In this document: one piece after another, positions 50,341-61,213 of the stretch
How the letters are laid out: each line of letters starts with the position of its first letter
Numbering within the stretch: the first letter of the stretch is position 1
Translations under genes and position numbers: made by a program
DNA from: an uncultured Nitrospiraceae bacterium
GTDB lineage: Bacteria > Nitrospirota > Thermodesulfovibrionia > Thermodesulfovibrionales > UBA6898
Direction: 5' to 3'
Length of the DNA: 64,000 nt
NCBI GenBank assembly: GCA_963811165.1
Contig: CAWEQH010000010.1
Span: 416,001-480,000 of the forward strand
The notes under the pieces: model-generated
Seen by the model: the letters and a program-made list of their open reading frames with translations, nothing else
Told to the model about the DNA's origin: nothing
Database searches by the model: none

Positions 50341-52077
50341 TCACCAGTTGAAGACCTTGTCCAAGTCTTCGTCCTTCACCCCGAAGGTAACGTTGTGAGG
50401 AGCAAACTTCTCTGACTTGAAATACTCCGGCAACCGGTCATGCTGAGCTGTGAAGCCGGCCCGGGCATTGAAATCCCGCTCCATCTTAAGGACCTTTTTC
50501 CCGAGATCGGTCACCCCGTCGCCGGTCAGGCTCAATCCATAGAAGGAATTGAGCAGATCTAAGAGCGCTTGGAACGTGTCGGGCTGATCGAGCACTGCAA
50601 AGGCGATAAAAAGACACATGCCGGTAGAGTCGATCGCAGCGGTCGCAATTTGGAGATTTCTCGAAAGCTCAACCTGTCCCTCGGGTTTGAGCGCATTAAC
50701 GTCGCCTCCCACCTTCAGGACGTTCTGGGCAACGGCGTATCCTGCTGTGTGGTCTGCGCCCATCGGGCTTGTAGCGTAGGTGACACCGATGCCCTGGACA
50801 GCGCGGGGGTCATAGGCAGGCATTGCCTGACCCTTGACCACAGGCACCCTCTCGACACCAAAGGCCTTGCCGGTGACAGCAGCGCCGCTGCCCAGGATGC
50901 GGCCGAGGTGCGTGCCTTTGCCGATCTCATGTATCATCCCGATAGCTGCATCGGCATCTCCGAACTCGGCCAGGCCCGCCTCCATGGCAACGGCGATGGT
51001 TGCTCCCGTCTCGATCGTGTCGATGCCGTAATTGTCATCGAGGAAATCCATCATGGCTATCTTGTCAAGGTCGCTGATGCCGCAATTGCCGCCATGGGCC
51101 CAGACGGTTTCGTATTCAGGCTGTTTGGTGAGGTAGTGGCCGTCCTTGTCATTATATGTGCCGGAGCACTGGATGACGCAGCCGCGGTGGCAGCCATGGG
51201 TCGGGTTCGCCCCGCGCGTCTTCTCGGTTTCGGCCTGTGTCTCACCGCTGATCTTTGAAGCACCGTCGAAGCGGCCTTGTTTGAAGTTATACGTGGGATA
51301 CCCTCCGACCTCGTTCAGAATGTTCGTCAGCACATTCGTGCCATAGGCCGGAAGTCCCTGGCCTGTTACTGCATGGCTCTTGAGGCCGTCGACGAACCTC
51401 TTGTTTGCCGCTTTGAATTCTTCCGGGTTCTTTGGCGTCCGCATCGGCATGCCGGTATCGTCAAGGACAATAGCCTTAACACCCTTTGAACCCATGACCG
51501 CGCCCAGGCCGCCGCGTCCGGCATGGCGGGTAGGCCGTAATTCTATATCGGTAAATGCCACTGTTGCGGAGGCCATCTTCATCTCTCCGGCAGGTCCGAT
51601 CGAGATGCAGGAGATCTTATCGCCGTATTCAGCCTTCATCTTTGCGACAAGATCATAATTGGGGAGCATTTTAAGACTGTTGTCGACTGAGATCTTTACC
51701 CCGTCCTTGTTGATAAAGACCTTGAAAAGGTCGTTGTTTTTCGGTTTCCCTTCAAGCACAATTGCGGCATACCCCAGCCGGGCCAGCACCTGGGAAGGCT
51801 GCCCTCCGGAGTTTGCCTCTTTAATGCCGCCGGTGAGCGGACTCTTGCCGCCCACAGAAATTCGGCCGGACATGGCGCTTGCGGTCCCGCTCAACATACC
51901 AGGGGCTATCACCAGCTTGTTTTCGGCCCCCAAGGGATGGCAAAGAGGCGGAACTTCCTGTGAGACTATCGCAGAGGTCATAGCCCTGCCTCCAAACCCG
52001 GCATATTGGCCCAAAGGTACTGTACTTGCCCTGGGACCCCCGTCGGCCCCCATATCGATCCTTAGTATCTTATCCAT
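50341..52077 (-). CDS. aor: Aldehyde:ferredoxin oxidoreductase (tungstopterin family)
   Basis: KSPLTGGIKEAN, AGRGGLGAVMGSKG, GCHRGCVIQC, PEYET, DTIE, PAYDPR and GADHT motifs. Confidence 0.93.
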   Translation of the reverse strand: MDKILRIDMGADGGPRASTVPLGQYAGFGGRAMTSAIVSQEVPPLCHPLGAENKLVIAPGMLSGTASAMSGRISVGGKSPLTGGIKEANSGGQPSQVLARLGYAAIVLEGKPKNNDLFKVFINKDGVKISVDNSLKMLPNYDLVAKMKAEYGDKISCISIGPAGEMKMASATVAFTDIELRPTRHAGRGGLGAVMGSKGVKAIVLDDTGMPMRTPKNPEEFKAANKRFVDGLKSHAVTGQGLPAYGTNVLTNILNEVGGYPTYNFKQGRFDGASKISGETQAETEKTRGANPTHGCHRGCVIQCSGTYNDKDGHYLTKQPEYETVWAHGGNCGISDLDKIAMMDFLDDNYGIDTIETGATIAVAMEAGLAEFGDADAAIGMIHEIGKGTHLGRILGSGAAVTGKAFGVERVPVVKGQAMPAYDPRAVQGIGVTYATSPMGADHTAGYAVAQNVLKVGGDVNALKPEGQVELSRNLQIATAAIDSTGMCLFIAFAVLDQPDTFQALLDLLNSFYGLSLTGDGVTDLGKKVLKMERDFNARAGFTAQHDRLPEYFKSEKFAPHNVTFGVKDEDLDKVFNW

Positions 52078-52346
52078 ATGCTTCTCCCTTTCTTCGAAAC
52101 ACAGATTACACGATTGGATTCGCTTTGATTCCTTGTCATCATTCCCTACTCAAACTATAGATAAAAAGAAGTGCCTTGTCAATCGGATCAATGGACCACA
52201 CCACCCATCTGTTGTCGCCGAATGTTTCCTCCAGCTAATTACCCGGGAAAAATTGAATCTTAGGCTGCCTGAGAAGGAAGGTATTATTTATTTTTTCGAG
52301 AGGGGGTAAATACGATAAGCAAAAGATTGCCTCTCCATACCTGAGA

Positions 52347-52688
52347 TTATCTGAGCCGGAAATGGAAACCGACGACCGCCCGGTAATCTGTGCGGCTGTT
52401 GTCTTTTGGCTCAAGGCCCGGATAAGGCGGCGAGGTAAGATCAAGGAAGGCATTGAGTCCCTCTTTCATTGGGACTAATAATCTCCGCACAGGGCTGGTC
52501 TCGCGATCTTTACTCTCCCCGGGAGTGCCCACTGTCCCAAGAAGACCGGCGGCTTCAAGATGGAGTACTGAGACGAGATCTTTCTTAGCTCCGTCCTGCG
52601 TCTCGGCCTTTGCTCCGCCTGTGACGACCAAAAAAAACACAGAAAAAACGACACTGAGAAAGCTTATGAGGATGCTACATTTCTTCAC
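52347..52688 (-). CDS. Hypothetical exported protein
   Basis: Signal-like N-terminus; C-terminal alternating strand (YRAVVGFHFRLR). Confidence 0.55.
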   Translation of the reverse strand: MKKCSILISFLSVVFSVFFLVVTGGAKAETQDGAKKDLVSVLHLEAAGLLGTVGTPGESKDRETSPVRRLLVPMKEGLNAFLDLTSPPYPGLEPKDNSRTDYRAVVGFHFRLR

Positions 52689-52898
52689 CTTTTTTCATTA
52701 TACCAGACCCATACTAATAAATACACACATTTCTTTGTTTAATCTCTTTTCTCAGAAGGCAGGACCGTTGCCGGTTTCGCACCCGGGCACTTTCCTTAAG
52801 GGGTTGGTCCCGTTACAGGGAGGCAAACAGATCGTCATCATCAATACTCCATGATACCTATTGAATGCCGTAGCAGGAGATCACTGACTCGAGTATTC

Positions 52899-55800
52899 TT
52901 ACGCCGCTATCACCGTTCCACTTTTTTCAACGAGTTCCTCAAGTGCCCCGTACACCGTCTCATAAATTTTCTCCCACACATCCCCATTAAGATCGAGTTC
53001 GAACCCGTCAGGGAGGAATTTGACAGGCCTCTTTTTCTTATTATGCAGAGCGAAGATATTTTCCGGCTGTACAGGCGTGTCCGGCGAAAAGACAACTCGC
53101 ACCTTCTTACCTGCCTCCTGTATCTTCGTTATCGATAAGGCCCTGGCCAGCAGCTTTAGATGCATGATCTTAAGAAGGTTCGTCACCTCCTCGGGAAGTT
53201 TCCCGAACCTGTCTCTCATTTCATCCTTGAAATCGAAAACCTCCTTCGCGGATTTCAAAGAGGCGATCCTCCGGTAAAAACTGAGCCTCAGCGTCACGTC
53301 TTCGATGTATTCCTCGGGGATAAAGGCCGTGGTCTTCAGTTCGATCGCCGGCTCAGGCTCATCTTTTATATCCATGCCCTTTAACTCGGCAACGGCCTTC
53401 TCCAGCATCTCGATATAGAGATCAAAGCCTATCTCGTTGATATGCCCTGACTGCTCGGCCCCGAAGATCTCCCCCGCGCCCCTTATCTCCAGGTCCTTAA
53501 GCGCAAGCCTGAACCCCGCCCCCAGATAGCTCATCTCCTGCACGGCCTGGAGCCTCTTTTTCGCCTCCCCGGTCAGCACCGGCTCGGGCGGCGCAAGAAA
53601 ATAGGCATACCCTTTTACACTCGACCTTCCCACCCTGCCCCTTAGCTGATAAAGGTCGGCAAGTCCCATCCTGTCGGCCATATGTATGATGATCGTATTG
53701 GCCCTCGGGATATCCAATCCCGAACCGATAATGGCGGTCGAAACGAGGACATTGACCTCGCCCGCAAAGAACCTGTGCATCACTTCCTCGAGTTCCTTCT
53801 CCGGCATCTGACCGTGTGCGATGCCTATCACGGCCTGAGGAACGAGTTCCTGGATACGCCGGGATATCTTATGAATGTCCCATATCCTGTTATGAACGAA
53901 AAAGACCTGTCCGGACCTCTGAAGCTCAGAGGTTATCACTTCCTTCACAAGCTTGTCGTTAAATACCGTGACGATGCTCTTTACCGAAAGCCTCTCCTCC
54001 GGGGGCGTCTCGATGACGCTTATGTTTCGTATGCCGGAGAGGGCCATATGGAGAGTCCGGGGGATCGGAGTTGCCGTAAGCGTCATGACGTCGATATTTT
54101 TGCTTATCTCCTTTATCTTTTCCTTCTGGCCGACACCGAACCTGTGCTCTTCGTCTACTATCAGTAACCCAAGCCTGCTGAACTCTACCTTCTTCGAGAG
54201 GAGCCCGTGCGTGCCTATCACGATATCCACTTCACCCTTTGCGATGCCCTTTAACGTGATATCGATCTCTTTCCTCGATTTAAACCTGCTCATAAAATCT
54301 ATAGTTACCGGAAAGCCCGAGAACCTTTCTTTGAAGGTCCTATAATGCTGCTCAGCAAGGATGGTCGTAGGGACGAGGACCGCGACCTGCCTGTTGTCAT
54401 ACACCGCTTTGAATGCGGCGCGCATCGCAACTTCGGTCTTTCCATAGCCCACGTCCCCGCAAAGGAGCCTGTCCATGGGGACCTCGGATTCCATGTCTTT
54501 CTTGAGATCTTCTATCGCCTTCAACTGGTCCGGCGTCTCCTCATAGGCAAAGAAACTGTCGAACTCCCTGTGCAGATCGGTGTCGGGACTGAACGTAAAC
54601 CCCCGCGCCACCCTTCTGTCGGCATACAGTGCGAGGAGTTTTGCCGCCATCTCCTGCACTTTCTTTTTGACACGCTCTTTCTTTTTCTGCCAGGTCTTGC
54701 CGCCGAGCCTGTCTATTTTCGGGAGGACCCCCTCTTCCGAGCGGTACTTGGATATGATCTGGATCGACTGGACCGGGATATAGAGGCGACCGTCTTCATA
54801 TTCGATGAGCATGAGCTCAAGCTCGATGTCGTCCCTCTTCTGCCTGACAACACCGGAGAACCGCCCGACGCCGTGGTCCCTGTGTACGACAAAATCACCG
54901 GGAGTGATATCGTCAAGGGAGACCAGAAGGTTCGCCACCTTCGACTTTCGTATCGATCTGAAGGCCGGCCTCTCGCCGAATATTTCCTTTTCGGTAAGAA
55001 TAAGGAGTCCCCTCAGGAATACTCCGGAGGACAGCCCGCCTACTACTATTGTGATGCCGCCTTTGTAATCGCGAACTTCCCCGACATCGATGACAGGTAC
55101 GATCATCTCCCGGTCCCTGAACAAATCCTTGAGCCGCTCGGACTGTCCGGTGGAAGAGGCGACGATGACTACCTTGTTGTCTCTTGATATACCCCTGATC
55201 GTCTCAGGCAGGTCCTCTACACTCTTTCTTTCATCCGGCAGGATACCATGCCCTTTTACCGAAAGGACCCCCGCGTCTATCTGGGGGACCGAGATAGAAT
55301 CATCGTCCCCTTCGTCTTCGGGGAAAGGGCTGCCTGCTTCGAAGGAGAACCGTGAAAGATAGATCGTATCTTCGGGAAGTGCGTCTCCTTCAGATTCAGG
55401 ATAAAGAGAGAAAAACTTTCTGCCCCCCAGCACGTCGGTCAAATGCCTTATCTCTTGGGCTTCTTTCGCCGGGAAAAGCATGAATCCATCGAGGTCGGTC
55501 GTCGACCTCTGAGACCCCGTATCAAAAAACCTGATCCGCTCTATCTCGTCCCCGAAAAATTCGACCCTGATCGGGTCCTCGGACGTTGAGGGAAAAATGT
55601 CCACAATCCATTCCCTCCGGCTGTATTCTCCCTTTTCCGCAGCCATTGCGGTCCTCACATATCCCAGACTGACGAGTGCCTCTTCAAACCCGGCCCTCTC
55701 CCATGTAGCGCCCTTTTTAAGCTCCAGCATGTCTTCAAGGAGGGATTCGCCAGTATGCAATGTCGAGACAATATTGGCCGAGGAAGTGACCACAGAGTCC

Positions 55801-56084
55801 CGCTCTCCCATTTCGTACAGAAGCGCGGCCCTGGCCCCTGCCGCCTCCGGCCCCTCCGGCTCCGGCAGAACGACCACGGAACCGCCGCTCCCCGTTATCT
55901 CCCGATAAAAAAGGATATCTTTTTTAAGGAGGCGGGCGCCGGTCTCCCCCTGTTCTACGGCGACAAAGGGTTTCTCCTGAAGAGCAAGCAAGAGGGCGAC
56001 CGATGATCCCTTCAGGTTATAGATACGGCACGTCTCCGGAAACGAAGAAGGGACGACTTTATTTATGAGGGAAAGAAGTTCCAA
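52899..56084 (-). CDS. mfd: Transcription-repair coupling factor
   Basis: VVHRDHGVG (RID), CGDVGYGKTEVA, DEEHRFGV, QLRGRVGRS and DLEIRGAG motifs; TRCF C-domain. Confidence 0.96.
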   Translation of the reverse strand: MELLSLINKVVPSSFPETCRIYNLKGSSVALLLALQEKPFVAVEQGETGARLLKKDILFYREITGSGGSVVVLPEPEGPEAAGARAALLYEMGERDSVVTSSANIVSTLHTGESLLEDMLELKKGATWERAGFEEALVSLGYVRTAMAAEKGEYSRREWIVDIFPSTSEDPIRVEFFGDEIERIRFFDTGSQRSTTDLDGFMLFPAKEAQEIRHLTDVLGGRKFFSLYPESEGDALPEDTIYLSRFSFEAGSPFPEDEGDDDSISVPQIDAGVLSVKGHGILPDERKSVEDLPETIRGISRDNKVVIVASSTGQSERLKDLFRDREMIVPVIDVGEVRDYKGGITIVVGGLSSGVFLRGLLILTEKEIFGERPAFRSIRKSKVANLLVSLDDITPGDFVVHRDHGVGRFSGVVRQKRDDIELELMLIEYEDGRLYIPVQSIQIISKYRSEEGVLPKIDRLGGKTWQKKKERVKKKVQEMAAKLLALYADRRVARGFTFSPDTDLHREFDSFFAYEETPDQLKAIEDLKKDMESEVPMDRLLCGDVGYGKTEVAMRAAFKAVYDNRQVAVLVPTTILAEQHYRTFKERFSGFPVTIDFMSRFKSRKEIDITLKGIAKGEVDIVIGTHGLLSKKVEFSRLGLLIVDEEHRFGVGQKEKIKEISKNIDVMTLTATPIPRTLHMALSGIRNISVIETPPEERLSVKSIVTVFNDKLVKEVITSELQRSGQVFFVHNRIWDIHKISRRIQELVPQAVIGIAHGQMPEKELEEVMHRFFAGEVNVLVSTAIIGSGLDIPRANTIIIHMADRMGLADLYQLRGRVGRSSVKGYAYFLAPPEPVLTGEAKKRLQAVQEMSYLGAGFRLALKDLEIRGAGEIFGAEQSGHINEIGFDLYIEMLEKAVAELKGMDIKDEPEPAIELKTTAFIPEEYIEDVTLRLSFYRRIASLKSAKEVFDFKDEMRDRFGKLPEEVTNLLKIMHLKLLARALSITKIQEAGKKVRVVFSPDTPVQPENIFALHNKKKRPVKFLPDGFELDLNGDVWEKIYETVYGALEELVEKSGTVIAA

Positions 56085-56086
56085 TA

Positions 56087-56548
56087 TTACAGTTCTGTTT
56101 TGAGTATCTTTTCGATAATGCGCGTCGTGGAAGCGCCTTTTACATAAGGGAGACTGTATGTTTCCTTTGCGATATCAGACCCCACTATCTCTTTTTTCTT
56201 CCAATCCCCGCCCTTTACGAGCACATCCGGTCTCAACGACCTGATCAACGTGTAGGGGGTCCGCTCATCAAAGACAGTCACATAATCGACCATGCAAAGC
56301 GCAGCCAGGACCTCCGCGCGATCTTTCTGGGAATTGATCGGTCTTCCGGGCTTTATGAGGGCGACCGACTTATCGGAATTGAGCCCGACGATGAGCACGT
56401 CGCCCAGTTTCCTTGCCCGCCTCAGATATCTCACATGACCTTTATGGATTATATCGAAGCAGCCGTTCGTAAAGACTATCTTTTTGCCCTGCCCTGCCAG
56501 CCTGCCGCAGATTTCCCTGAGCGTGCTTCTGTCAACTACCTTTTTCAT
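56087..56548 (-). CDS. rfaE2: D-glycero-beta-D-manno-heptose 1-phosphate adenylyltransferase
   Basis: VFTNGCFDIIHKGH, VGLNSD, PDVLVKGGDW and STT motifs. Confidence 0.92.
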   Translation of the reverse strand: MKKVVDRSTLREICGRLAGQGKKIVFTNGCFDIIHKGHVRYLRRARKLGDVLIVGLNSDKSVALIKPGRPINSQKDRAEVLAALCMVDYVTVFDERTPYTLIRSLRPDVLVKGGDWKKKEIVGSDIAKETYSLPYVKGASTTRIIEKILKTEL

Positions 56549-56994
56549 GTACCCTTCCCGAGCTCTCCAAGGCGCGCCCTGGCCTTCTCAAGGATCGTCC
56601 TGTCGCCGCTGAAGCTGATCTTTTGCAACGCCGCTTCAAAGGGGAACCAGACGGCGTCATCGACCTCGGAATCATGCTGCGAGGTATTACCGCTTTCGTA
56701 TTCCATAAGATAAAAATGCACTGTCTTTCTGCACTTTGTGTTTTCTCCTCGTATGTAATACCAGTACGCGATCTCTCCGAGTTTATCGATGATCCTGCCC
56801 GACAGACCCGATTCCTCCCTCACTTCGCGAACTGCCGTCATCTCCGGGGTCTCCCCTTTGTCGACGATCCCCTTCGGAAGACACCAGTATTTCCCGCCCC
56901 TCACAGAGACAAGTACCACTTCCAAAACGCCCGGGCCCTTCCGGAATATTACCCCTCCCGAGGAGATCTGGCGTTTTAAGGAAGCGGGCCTCAT
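56545..56994 (-). CDS. NUDIX hydrolase
   Basis: PKGIVDKGETPEMTAVREVREESG Nudix box. Confidence 0.93.
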   Translation of the reverse strand: MRPASLKRQISSGGVIFRKGPGVLEVVLVSVRGGKYWCLPKGIVDKGETPEMTAVREVREESGLSGRIIDKLGEIAYWYYIRGENTKCRKTVHFYLMEYESGNTSQHDSEVDDAVWFPFEAALQKISFSGDRTILEKARARLGELGKGT

Positions 56995-56997
56995 CCC

Positions 56998-57423
56998 TTA
57001 TCCGTCCGTCATGCCGGCAAGCTGCGCAAAATCCTTGAATGCCCCGCTTATGTCACTTCTGAGCCTCATGGGCTTTAGGTTCCGGCCTACACAGCCGATC
57101 TTCACAGACCCCTCGACGATGCTCTCTCCGGTGCCCTCCCTGAGGACCCTGTGGCCGAATAGTATGGAGGCGGCACCGATCTTGCCGACCGAGGTCTCGA
57201 CGGAAAAAATATCGCCGTATCTTCCCGGGGAAAGGTATCGCAGATTTGCCTCCACGACGACAAAGAAAATACCTTCGTCCATGAGTTTCTTCAGGTCCAT
57301 GCCCCGGGATTCAAACAGCTCAGTCCTCGCCCGCTCGAAATACTTCAGGTAATTCGCATAATAGACAACGCCCCCGCAGTCCGTATCTTCGTAATAGATC
57401 TTTACCTTGATGAGATGTTTCAT
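56998..57423 (-). CDS. YbgC/FadM family acyl-CoA thioesterase
   Basis: YYEDTDCGGVVYYANYLKYFERAR motif. Confidence 0.92.
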   Translation of the reverse strand: MKHLIKVKIYYEDTDCGGVVYYANYLKYFERARTELFESRGMDLKKLMDEGIFFVVVEANLRYLSPGRYGDIFSVETSVGKIGAASILFGHRVLREGTGESIVEGSVKIGCVGRNLKPMRLRSDISGAFKDFAQLAGMTDG

Positions 57424-58505
57424 CAGGGCAGCATCTTCCCGGTCACCAGCCTGAGGATATCATTGTACAAGGCAAACACCATGAGGGCGACAAGCAGCGC
57501 GAGGCCTACCCTCTGGGCCACAAGAAGGACCTTTTCGCTAAGGGGCTTTCGCCTCACAAATTCAATCCCGAAAAAAAGGAGATGTCCGCCGTCAAGAAGC
57601 GGGATCGGAAGGATATTGAGCACACCAAGATTGATGCTTATGACCGCCATGAAGGTGAAGTAATTTGACGCTCCCTGGGAGGCCTGCTGGCCCGCCATCT
57701 GGAATATCATAATAGGGCCCCCGATCGTATCGGCGGGTATTATCTGTTGTATCAGTTTCACGATAAATACGAGCGTAAGCACGGAAAGCTCCCAGGTCCT
57801 TTGCACCCCAAGGACCAGCGCACCGATAACGCCCTCCTGTTTCAAGGCGGTCTTCCCCGAAGGAGCAATGCCGATCAGGCCGACATCCTGGCTCTTGCCG
57901 AAAAGGTCTTTCACCGTCTTTTTCTGCGGAGTGACCGCCACGGCAAAAGTCGTTGCCCCTCTTTTGATCTTCAGCGAAAGCTCTTTCCCCGGACTATTAT
58001 GGATGATGGCGGTCATGTCGTCCCATCTCTTAATAGGGGTACCGTTGATCTCCGCGACCGCATCGCCTTTCATCAGTCCGATCTTAGACGCAGGAGAGCC
58101 GGCAGTCACTTCACCCACTTCGGGAAGCAGGTAGGGGACGCCGTTTACAAATACAAAGAAAAATACGACGGCCGCAAAGATGAGGTTGAAGAGCGGACCG
58201 GCAAGGACGATCACGAACCTCTTCCATACCGGCTGGAAATTAAACGCCCTGTGTTTTTCCGCCTCCGGTATCTCCTGTGCCTCCGCAGGCATGTCCTCCT
58301 GTCCGAGCATTTTGACGTAACCGCCCAGCGGTACGGCCGATATCACGTATTCTGTTTCCCCGTGGGTCTTCCCGATCACCTTCGGACCGAAACCGAGGGA
58401 GAACTTAAGCACCTTCACCCCCATAAGTTTCGCAAAGATAAAGTGTCCCAGCTCGTGCACAAATATGAGGACCCCGAGAAGGACAAGCGCGTAAATCATC
58501 GTCAT
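57423..58505 (-). CDS. rseP: RIP metalloprotease RseP
   Basis: HELGH, PLGGYV, PDZ domain and NILPIPLLDGG motifs. Confidence 0.96.
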   Translation of the reverse strand: MTMIYALVLLGVLIFVHELGHFIFAKLMGVKVLKFSLGFGPKVIGKTHGETEYVISAVPLGGYVKMLGQEDMPAEAQEIPEAEKHRAFNFQPVWKRFVIVLAGPLFNLIFAAVVFFFVFVNGVPYLLPEVGEVTAGSPASKIGLMKGDAVAEINGTPIKRWDDMTAIIHNSPGKELSLKIKRGATTFAVAVTPQKKTVKDLFGKSQDVGLIGIAPSGKTALKQEGVIGALVLGVQRTWELSVLTLVFIVKLIQQIIPADTIGGPIMIFQMAGQQASQGASNYFTFMAVISINLGVLNILPIPLLDGGHLLFFGIEFVRRKPLSEKVLLVAQRVGLALLVALMVFALYNDILRLVTGKMLP

Positions 58506-59656
58506 CTTTTTGACTCCTTAACACATTTTTCAGCCGTCTCACGCGACCATCTGTCCGCATCCATCACATCTTCCAAGGCGGCAACGGGACCCGCCTTATG
58601 ACTGTCTACGGTCTTCCTGACCACCGAAGATATCCCGTTGAACCCGATCCTGCCGTCCAAAAATGCGTTGACCGCCACTTCGTTGGAGGCGTTTAATACG
58701 CAGGGCACCGTCCCGCCGGCCTTTATCGCATCATATGCATAGGAGAGACAGGGGAATGTCTCATGGTCCGGGTTCCTAAACGTCAGGCTCCCGATCGCAT
58801 CCAGTTCAAGAGGAGCGATAGGGTCGCCTATCCTGTCGGGATAAGAGAGCGCGTAGGATATCGGCCCCTTCATATCCGGCATGGACATCTGCGCAAGACA
58901 ACTCCTGTCTATGAATTCGACCAGAGAATGCACGATACTCTGCGGATGAATAAGCACGCTCACTTTCTCGGCGGGCATATCAAACAGCCAGCAGGCCTCT
59001 ATCACCTCGAGCCCCTTGTTCATCAGCGTGGCGGAATCGATCGAAATTTTTTTCCCCATACTCCAGTTAGGGTGTTTAAGCGCCTCTTTTGCCGTAATAT
59101 CTTTAAGCTCGGTCCGCTTTTTACCGACAAAGGGACCGCCCGAGGCGGTAAGGATTATCCTTCTGATACCGGCCCTTTTATGCCCCTCGAGGCACTGAAA
59201 CACGGCGCTATGCTCACTGTCGACCGGGATGATCTTGACGCCTCTTTTCCTTGCCTCGGCCATCACGAGCCCTCCGGCCATGACAAGGGCCTCCTTGTTG
59301 GCAAGGCCTACCGCCTTGCCGGCCTTTATGGCCGCCATCGTAGGCATCAGCCCGGCAGAACCGACGATGGACGATATCACAAAATCGGACCGTTCATATG
59401 AAGCAACACTGTTGATGCCCTCCGCCCCTGCAAGTACCTCTGGCCCGTTGACCCTTTTGCGCAGGGCCAGCGCAGTCCCCTCGTCAGCGACAGCCACGAC
59501 ATCGGGACTAAAGGTCTTTATCTGGCTTTCCAGAAGGTCAATATTTCTGCCTGCCGAGAGGGCCACGACCTTGAAGTCGTGCATGTTTCTGGCGACAACA
59601 TCAAGTGTGCTTCGGCCTATGGAACCCGTCGAGCCGAGTATCGTCAATCTTTTCAT
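58502..59656 (-). CDS. dxr: 1-deoxy-D-xylulose-5-phosphate reductoisomerase
   Basis: LGSTGSIG, LANKE, PVDSEH, HPNWSMG and NKGLEVIEA motifs. Confidence 0.97.
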   Translation of the reverse strand: MKRLTILGSTGSIGRSTLDVVARNMHDFKVVALSAGRNIDLLESQIKTFSPDVVAVADEGTALALRKRVNGPEVLAGAEGINSVASYERSDFVISSIVGSAGLMPTMAAIKAGKAVGLANKEALVMAGGLVMAEARKRGVKIIPVDSEHSAVFQCLEGHKRAGIRRIILTASGGPFVGKKRTELKDITAKEALKHPNWSMGKKISIDSATLMNKGLEVIEACWLFDMPAEKVSVLIHPQSIVHSLVEFIDRSCLAQMSMPDMKGPISYALSYPDRIGDPIAPLELDAIGSLTFRNPDHETFPCLSYAYDAIKAGGTVPCVLNASNEVAVNAFLDGRIGFNGISSVVRKTVDSHKAGPVAALEDVMDADRWSRETAEKCVKESKR

Positions 59657-59706
59657 ACCACTAATTATACTAAATATGTTCCCTTCTGTTTTTTGTTTTC
59701 CAGCGG

Positions 59707-60498
59707 CTAACCGAGAAGACCGAGGCCTGTACAGAGCAAGTAAAAGACGGGCCCCGCAAACGTCACGCTATCGAGCTTGTCCAAGACGCCGCCGTGGCCC
59801 GGCAGGATAGTCCCCGAATCCTTTATGCCGGCGTCACGCTTGAACATCGATTCAACGAGGTCCCCGATGATGCTTGCGATGCCGATGGAGAAGCCCAGTA
59901 TGATTGCGTGAAACGGCGAAACCTGTCTCATCAGCATAGACCTGACAAGGAGTGCGCCCGCACCCCCCCCGATCACCGAACCCGCTGCTCCCGCCACCGT
60001 CTTATTGGGACTGACCTCCGGGTAGAGTCTTCTCTTGCCGAGACCTTTTCCTACATAATAGGCCGAGCTGTCCGACACCCAGACAGATACGTAGAGCAAG
60101 ACGATCCAGACAGGCCCGGCCTTCGCAAGACTCAGCTGAAAAGTGAGAAGGCCCGGTATGTACACCAGGCCCAGGACGACCGCAGCCACTTCAGAAAGGG
60201 AAGACGCGGGGTCCCTCTTCATAAACAGTCTAAGCCCCATAATCGCCATTGTGCAAAGAAGCAGCGTCTCTATAAAAAAATACTTCGCCCCGAAGAAGAC
60301 CGCGAGCATCGCGGCCCCGCTGGCCACACCCGCGTATTTGAGCGCAGGCCTGAGACGGAGCATACCGTAAAACTCGGTAAGCGCCACCGACGAGACGAGT
60401 ATGAGGAGAAAGAGCAGGTACTCTGCAGGCAGGTACATGATATAGAAATAAAAAAACGGGACAAGTACAGCCGCAACGATCAGCCGTTTACGATGCAT
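59707..60498 (-). CDS. cdsA: Phosphatidate cytidylyltransferase
   Basis: SPNKT...GDLVESMFKRDAGIKDSG..LPGHGGVLD motif. Confidence 0.96.
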   Translation of the reverse strand: MHRKRLIVAAVLVPFFYFYIMYLPAEYLLFLLILVSSVALTEFYGMLRLRPALKYAGVASGAAMLAVFFGAKYFFIETLLLCTMAIMGLRLFMKRDPASSLSEVAAVVLGLVYIPGLLTFQLSLAKAGPVWIVLLYVSVWVSDSSAYYVGKGLGKRRLYPEVSPNKTVAGAAGSVIGGGAGALLVRSMLMRQVSPFHAIILGFSIGIASIIGDLVESMFKRDAGIKDSGTILPGHGGVLDKLDSVTFAGPVFYLLCTGLGLLG

Positions 60499-61207
60499 TC
60501 GACCTCACCGAAATGGCCCCGAAGCGGCGCTCCCTCCCCTGGAAGTCCTGTATAGCCAGCATCATCTCCGATCTGTCGAAGTCGGGCCAGAGCGTATCGG
60601 TAAAATAAAGCTCTGCATATGCGCTTTGCCAGAGGAGGAAATTGGACAGTCTTCTTTCCCCGCTGGTCCTGATAATAAGGTCGGGCGGCGGCATGCCTTC
60701 CGTGTCGAGATATCTGGAAAATGCATCCTCCGTCAACTCCTCCATGCTGCAGCCGGAGGCAACAGCCCTCTTAAGCGCCCTCAGGATCTCGTTCCTGCCG
60801 CTATAGCTCAAGGCCGTCACAAGGGTCATGCCCTTGTTGGCGGAGGTCTTCTCTTGAGTCTCTTGGATAAGGGCGCGTATGTTTTCCGGAAGCCGCCATA
60901 TCTCGCCGATGACCTTAAAGACAATATCACGGTCCACCAGTATGGACAATTCTTTCTTAAGATAGATCTCCAAAAGCCTCATCAGCACCGACACCTCTGA
61001 GGAAGGCCGCTGCCAGTTTTCGGTCGAAAAGGTATAGAGGGTAAGACACTTGATCCCGATCTCGGCGGAAAATTCTATGATCTGCTTGGCACGTTCCGCC
61101 CCGACCCTGTGGCCCTCCACCCTGGGAAGACCCCTCAACTGTGCCCATCTCCCGTTTCCGTCCATGATCACGCCGACGTGGGACGGTATATTTCCCGACA
61201 GACTCAC
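60488..61207 (-). CDS. uppS: Undecaprenyl diphosphate synthase
   Basis: IMDGNGRWA, FSTENWQR and IRTSGERRLSNFLLWQ motifs. Confidence 0.97.
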   Translation of the reverse strand: MSLSGNIPSHVGVIMDGNGRWAQLRGLPRVEGHRVGAERAKQIIEFSAEIGIKCLTLYTFSTENWQRPSSEVSVLMRLLEIYLKKELSILVDRDIVFKVIGEIWRLPENIRALIQETQEKTSANKGMTLVTALSYSGRNEILRALKRAVASGCSMEELTEDAFSRYLDTEGMPPPDLIIRTSGERRLSNFLLWQSAYAELYFTDTLWPDFDRSEMMLAIQDFQGRERRFGAISVRSNAS

Positions 61208-61213
61208 TCTCTC

